Shown here in pieces: positions 30,188 to 32,000 of a DNA stretch of 32,000 nucleotides. Numbering within the stretch: position 1 is the stretch's first letter; every line of letters starts with the position of its first letter. This DNA is from Erysipelothrix larvae (GTDB taxonomy: Bacteria; Bacillota_I; Bacilli_A; Erysipelotrichales; Erysipelotrichaceae). The notes under the pieces are model-generated. The model was not told the origin of the DNA, made no database searches, and saw only the letters and a list, made by a program, of their open reading frames with translations. The position numbers and the translations under genes are program-made. The DNA lies in NCBI RefSeq assembly GCF_001545095.1, contig NZ_CP013213.1:2340001-2372000 (forward strand), written 5' to 3'.

Positions 30188-30847
30188 TTAATGAACGAAC
30201 GTTTCAGATACCTTCTTAAGAATCTCTTTAAACATCTGCGTTTCTGGTGTTATTTGTGAAGTTACCCCAATAACCCGTGCTGAGTTTATGAATTTTGTAT
30301 CATTTAGGAATAATACGGATTCACGACTCATTCCTTCAGGTTGCCCTAAGTAATACAGATGTCTTTTGTTAGCGGCACCAATTTGATCGACATTTGAAGC
30401 TTGATGAATGAGTTCCTTTTTTGACGACATTGGTACAACCAATAACTTATGATTCTTCTTTTGTATTACTAACCCAAAATGTTGATAGCCAGATTCATTA
30501 AGATAAGCATGTCCAAAATCAATATAACAAATGTCCCCAATATTTACCTCGATATTAACATTTTCACTTGATTTAAATGCAGAACGTAATATTCGATTCA
30601 TACCACTTATGCATTCTTGTTTTAATAACAAGATTGAAAGCCCCTTGAGGTATTCTTTATATTTATCTAGATATTCTTCGAGCATTCTTTCTCGGTCATC
30701 TTCATCCATTACCCCACTAAGCCATGATTCTTCGATCTTATATTTCATATCTTCCTCCCTGTAATCATCTCGTAATCGGTAGTTTCTATTATTTTTGAAA
30801 CTAAAATTGTATAGCTTTTCTTCGTTCATTGCATCGATAATCTGCAT
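30188..30847 (-). CDS. Uncharacterised 219-aa protein: charged N-terminal extension fused to a MazF/PemK-like C-terminal domain
   Basis: The C-terminal ~115 aa are GDICYIDFGHAYLNESGYQHFGLVIQK..LLVVPMSS..RESVLFLNDTKFINSARV..terminal helix. By eye this follows the beta1-loop-beta2, VP.TS and D/ES....Q.R.ID..R pattern of MazF/NdoA. GGTGGA lies 9 nt upstream of the ATG. The gene is 27 nt upstream of tilS on the same strand. Confidence 0.6.
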   Translation of the reverse strand: MQIIDAMNEEKLYNFSFKNNRNYRLRDDYREEDMKYKIEESWLSGVMDEDDRERMLEEYLDKYKEYLKGLSILLLKQECISGMNRILRSAFKSSENVNIEVNIGDICYIDFGHAYLNESGYQHFGLVIQKKNHKLLVVPMSSKKELIHQASNVDQIGAANKRHLYYLGQPEGMSRESVLFLNDTKFINSARVIGVTSQITPETQMFKEILKKVSETFVH

Positions 30848-31259
30848 TCCATAAATTCCACCAAGACAACTTTATATTAATGAAAACCTCCTCTCATATA
30901 TAGTTACCCCCGTTAATTAACTATACAATTAAATATTAAAATCCTATAAATTAATTTTATATTTTCGATAATTTTTCATGTTTCTTTCACAGTTCTTCAC
31001 ATAGATTTCACAAACGTAAATTTTTTCCAAAAATACGTAATTATAAGCACTATACATTGGTGTTTATTTAAGATTTATTTTTTCATTTTCTTTGTAATTC
31101 AGCTATTTTTTTATTCAATTCCACCTCTTTTTGCCCTTCATTTTTTAGGTTATTTTCTCTAAATATACCCTTGAATCACATAATTTGACGCTTCTTAGGG
31201 GTAGAATTGGTTTATTCGGTTGATAACTTGGAACCAAAGCACGGTTTCGTAAACAGCAT

Positions 31260-31288
31260 AAAAAAGAGCAGACGTTCATCTGCTCTTT
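31260..31288 (-). terminator. Intrinsic terminator of mreB
   Basis: An 8-bp stem AGAGCAGA/TCTGCTCT (31265-72 / 31279-86) has a 6-nt loop, followed by T-run on the minus strand. Confidence 0.75.
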
Positions 31289-31304
31289 GGGTCTCACTAT
31301 AATT

Positions 31305-32000
31305 TTAGCGTGTTACATATTCGAGGTTTTCAAGCATGATGCCTGTACCTTCCGCAACACATGTTAATGCATTTTCCGCAACATAAACTGGTGTGTTTAG
31401 TGCTTCTGAGATTAAGTGATCAAGACCTCTTAATAATGCACCCCCACCGGTTAATACGATACCACGTGTTACGATATCAGCACTAAGTTCTGGTGGTGTT
31501 TGTTCAAGAACTGTACGGCATGCTCTTACAATTGCTTGTAGGCTTTCATGCATTGATGTTTCAGTTTCTGATGCACGTAGTGAGATTGTATTTGGAAGCC
31601 CTGTAACAAGGTCACGTCCACTTACTTCAATCACTTCATCTTCTTCAGTATCTGCCATCCAAGCAGTACCAATACTTTTCTTAATTTCTTCTGCTGTACG
31701 ATCACCGATTAGCAGTTTATAAGTGTCTTTAACATATTTGATAATAACACGATCGAGTGTATCTCCTGCAATCTTAAGGGATGTACTTGTTACGATATCA
31801 CCTAATGAAAGGATTGCGACATCTGTTGTACCACCACCTATGTCAAGAACCATTGAACCTGTAGGCTTCGAGATATCGAGTTTTGCACCAACTGCTGCTA
31901 CTTTTGGTTCTTCTTCAATAAATACGCGTTTAGCACCGGTACGGTATGCTGCATCACTAATCGCTTTACGTTCTACTGATGTAATGTTTGACGGACAGCA
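31305..32000 (-). CDS. mreB: Rod-shape-determining actin homologue MreB/Mbl (5' end outside the window)
   Basis: The frame stays open to position 32000 upstream of the track's internal Met. The phosphate-2 motif is VLDIGGGTTD and the upstream part reads ..NITSVERKAISDAAYRTGAKRVFIEEEPKVAAVGAKLDISKPTGS. Confidence 0.9.
   Translation of the reverse strand, partial: CCPSNITSVERKAISDAAYRTGAKRVFIEEEPKVAAVGAKLDISKPTGSMVLDIGGGTTDVAILSLGDIVTSTSLKIAGDTLDRVIIKYVKDTYKLLIGDRTAEEIKKSIGTAWMADTEEDEVIEVSGRDLVTGLPNTISLRASETETSMHESLQAIVRACRTVLEQTPPELSADIVTRGIVLTGGGALLRGLDHLISEALNTPVYVAENALTCVAEGTGIMLENLEYVTR

Noticed and set aside
30948-31055. A 35-codon minus-strand ORF (MYSAYNYVFLEKIYVCEIYVKNCERNMKNYRKYKINL; coordinates approximate) in the AT-rich region was considered as a candidate small toxin or antitoxin.
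   Set aside because: It has no SD. It is not hydrophobic like type I toxins and shows no antitoxin DNA-binding motif. Its composition reflects AT-rich DNA.

Overview
Low-GC Bacillota-type chromosome segment. Spot counts on a few 60-nt lines give roughly 37-42% GC in core genes. Almost all genes lie on the minus strand. Two conserved housekeeping blocks dominate. The first (1573-17636) is tkt, pgm, ptsH, rlmH, htrA, walJ/yycJ, an M23 peptidase, dnaB, rplI, gdpP, rpsR, ssb, rpsF, an ispD-like gene and a NUDIX gene. The second (23080-32000) is lysS, dusB, hslO, ftsH, hpt, tilS and mreB. Between the blocks sits the only clearly accessory region. It is a ~5.1-kb AT-richer island (18012-23112) inserted at the 3' end of lysS and bounded by ~137-bp imperfect direct repeats. 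The left repeat preserves an in-frame orphan lysS tail. The island carries an excisionase-like HTH gene, a 5'-truncated tyrosine recombinase and a divergently transcribed Sau3AI-family (GATC, C5-cytosine) restriction-modification pair, so it looks like an immobilised defence island. I recognise the R-M pair as a known family, so I do not claim it as novel. The most unexplained gene is a 219-aa ORF (30188-30847) at the head of the tilS-hpt-ftsH cluster. Its C-terminal half looks like a MazF/PemK toxin fold fused to a highly charged N-terminal extension. It has no antitoxin-sized partner and is preceded by a 457-bp AT-rich non-coding stretch. The left edge of the window holds the 3' end of a G5-repeat surface protein gene and a decayed IS3-family element. 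No rRNA, tRNA or CRISPR array was seen. All family assignments rest on motif recognition by eye and on recalled family sequences; no database search was possible.
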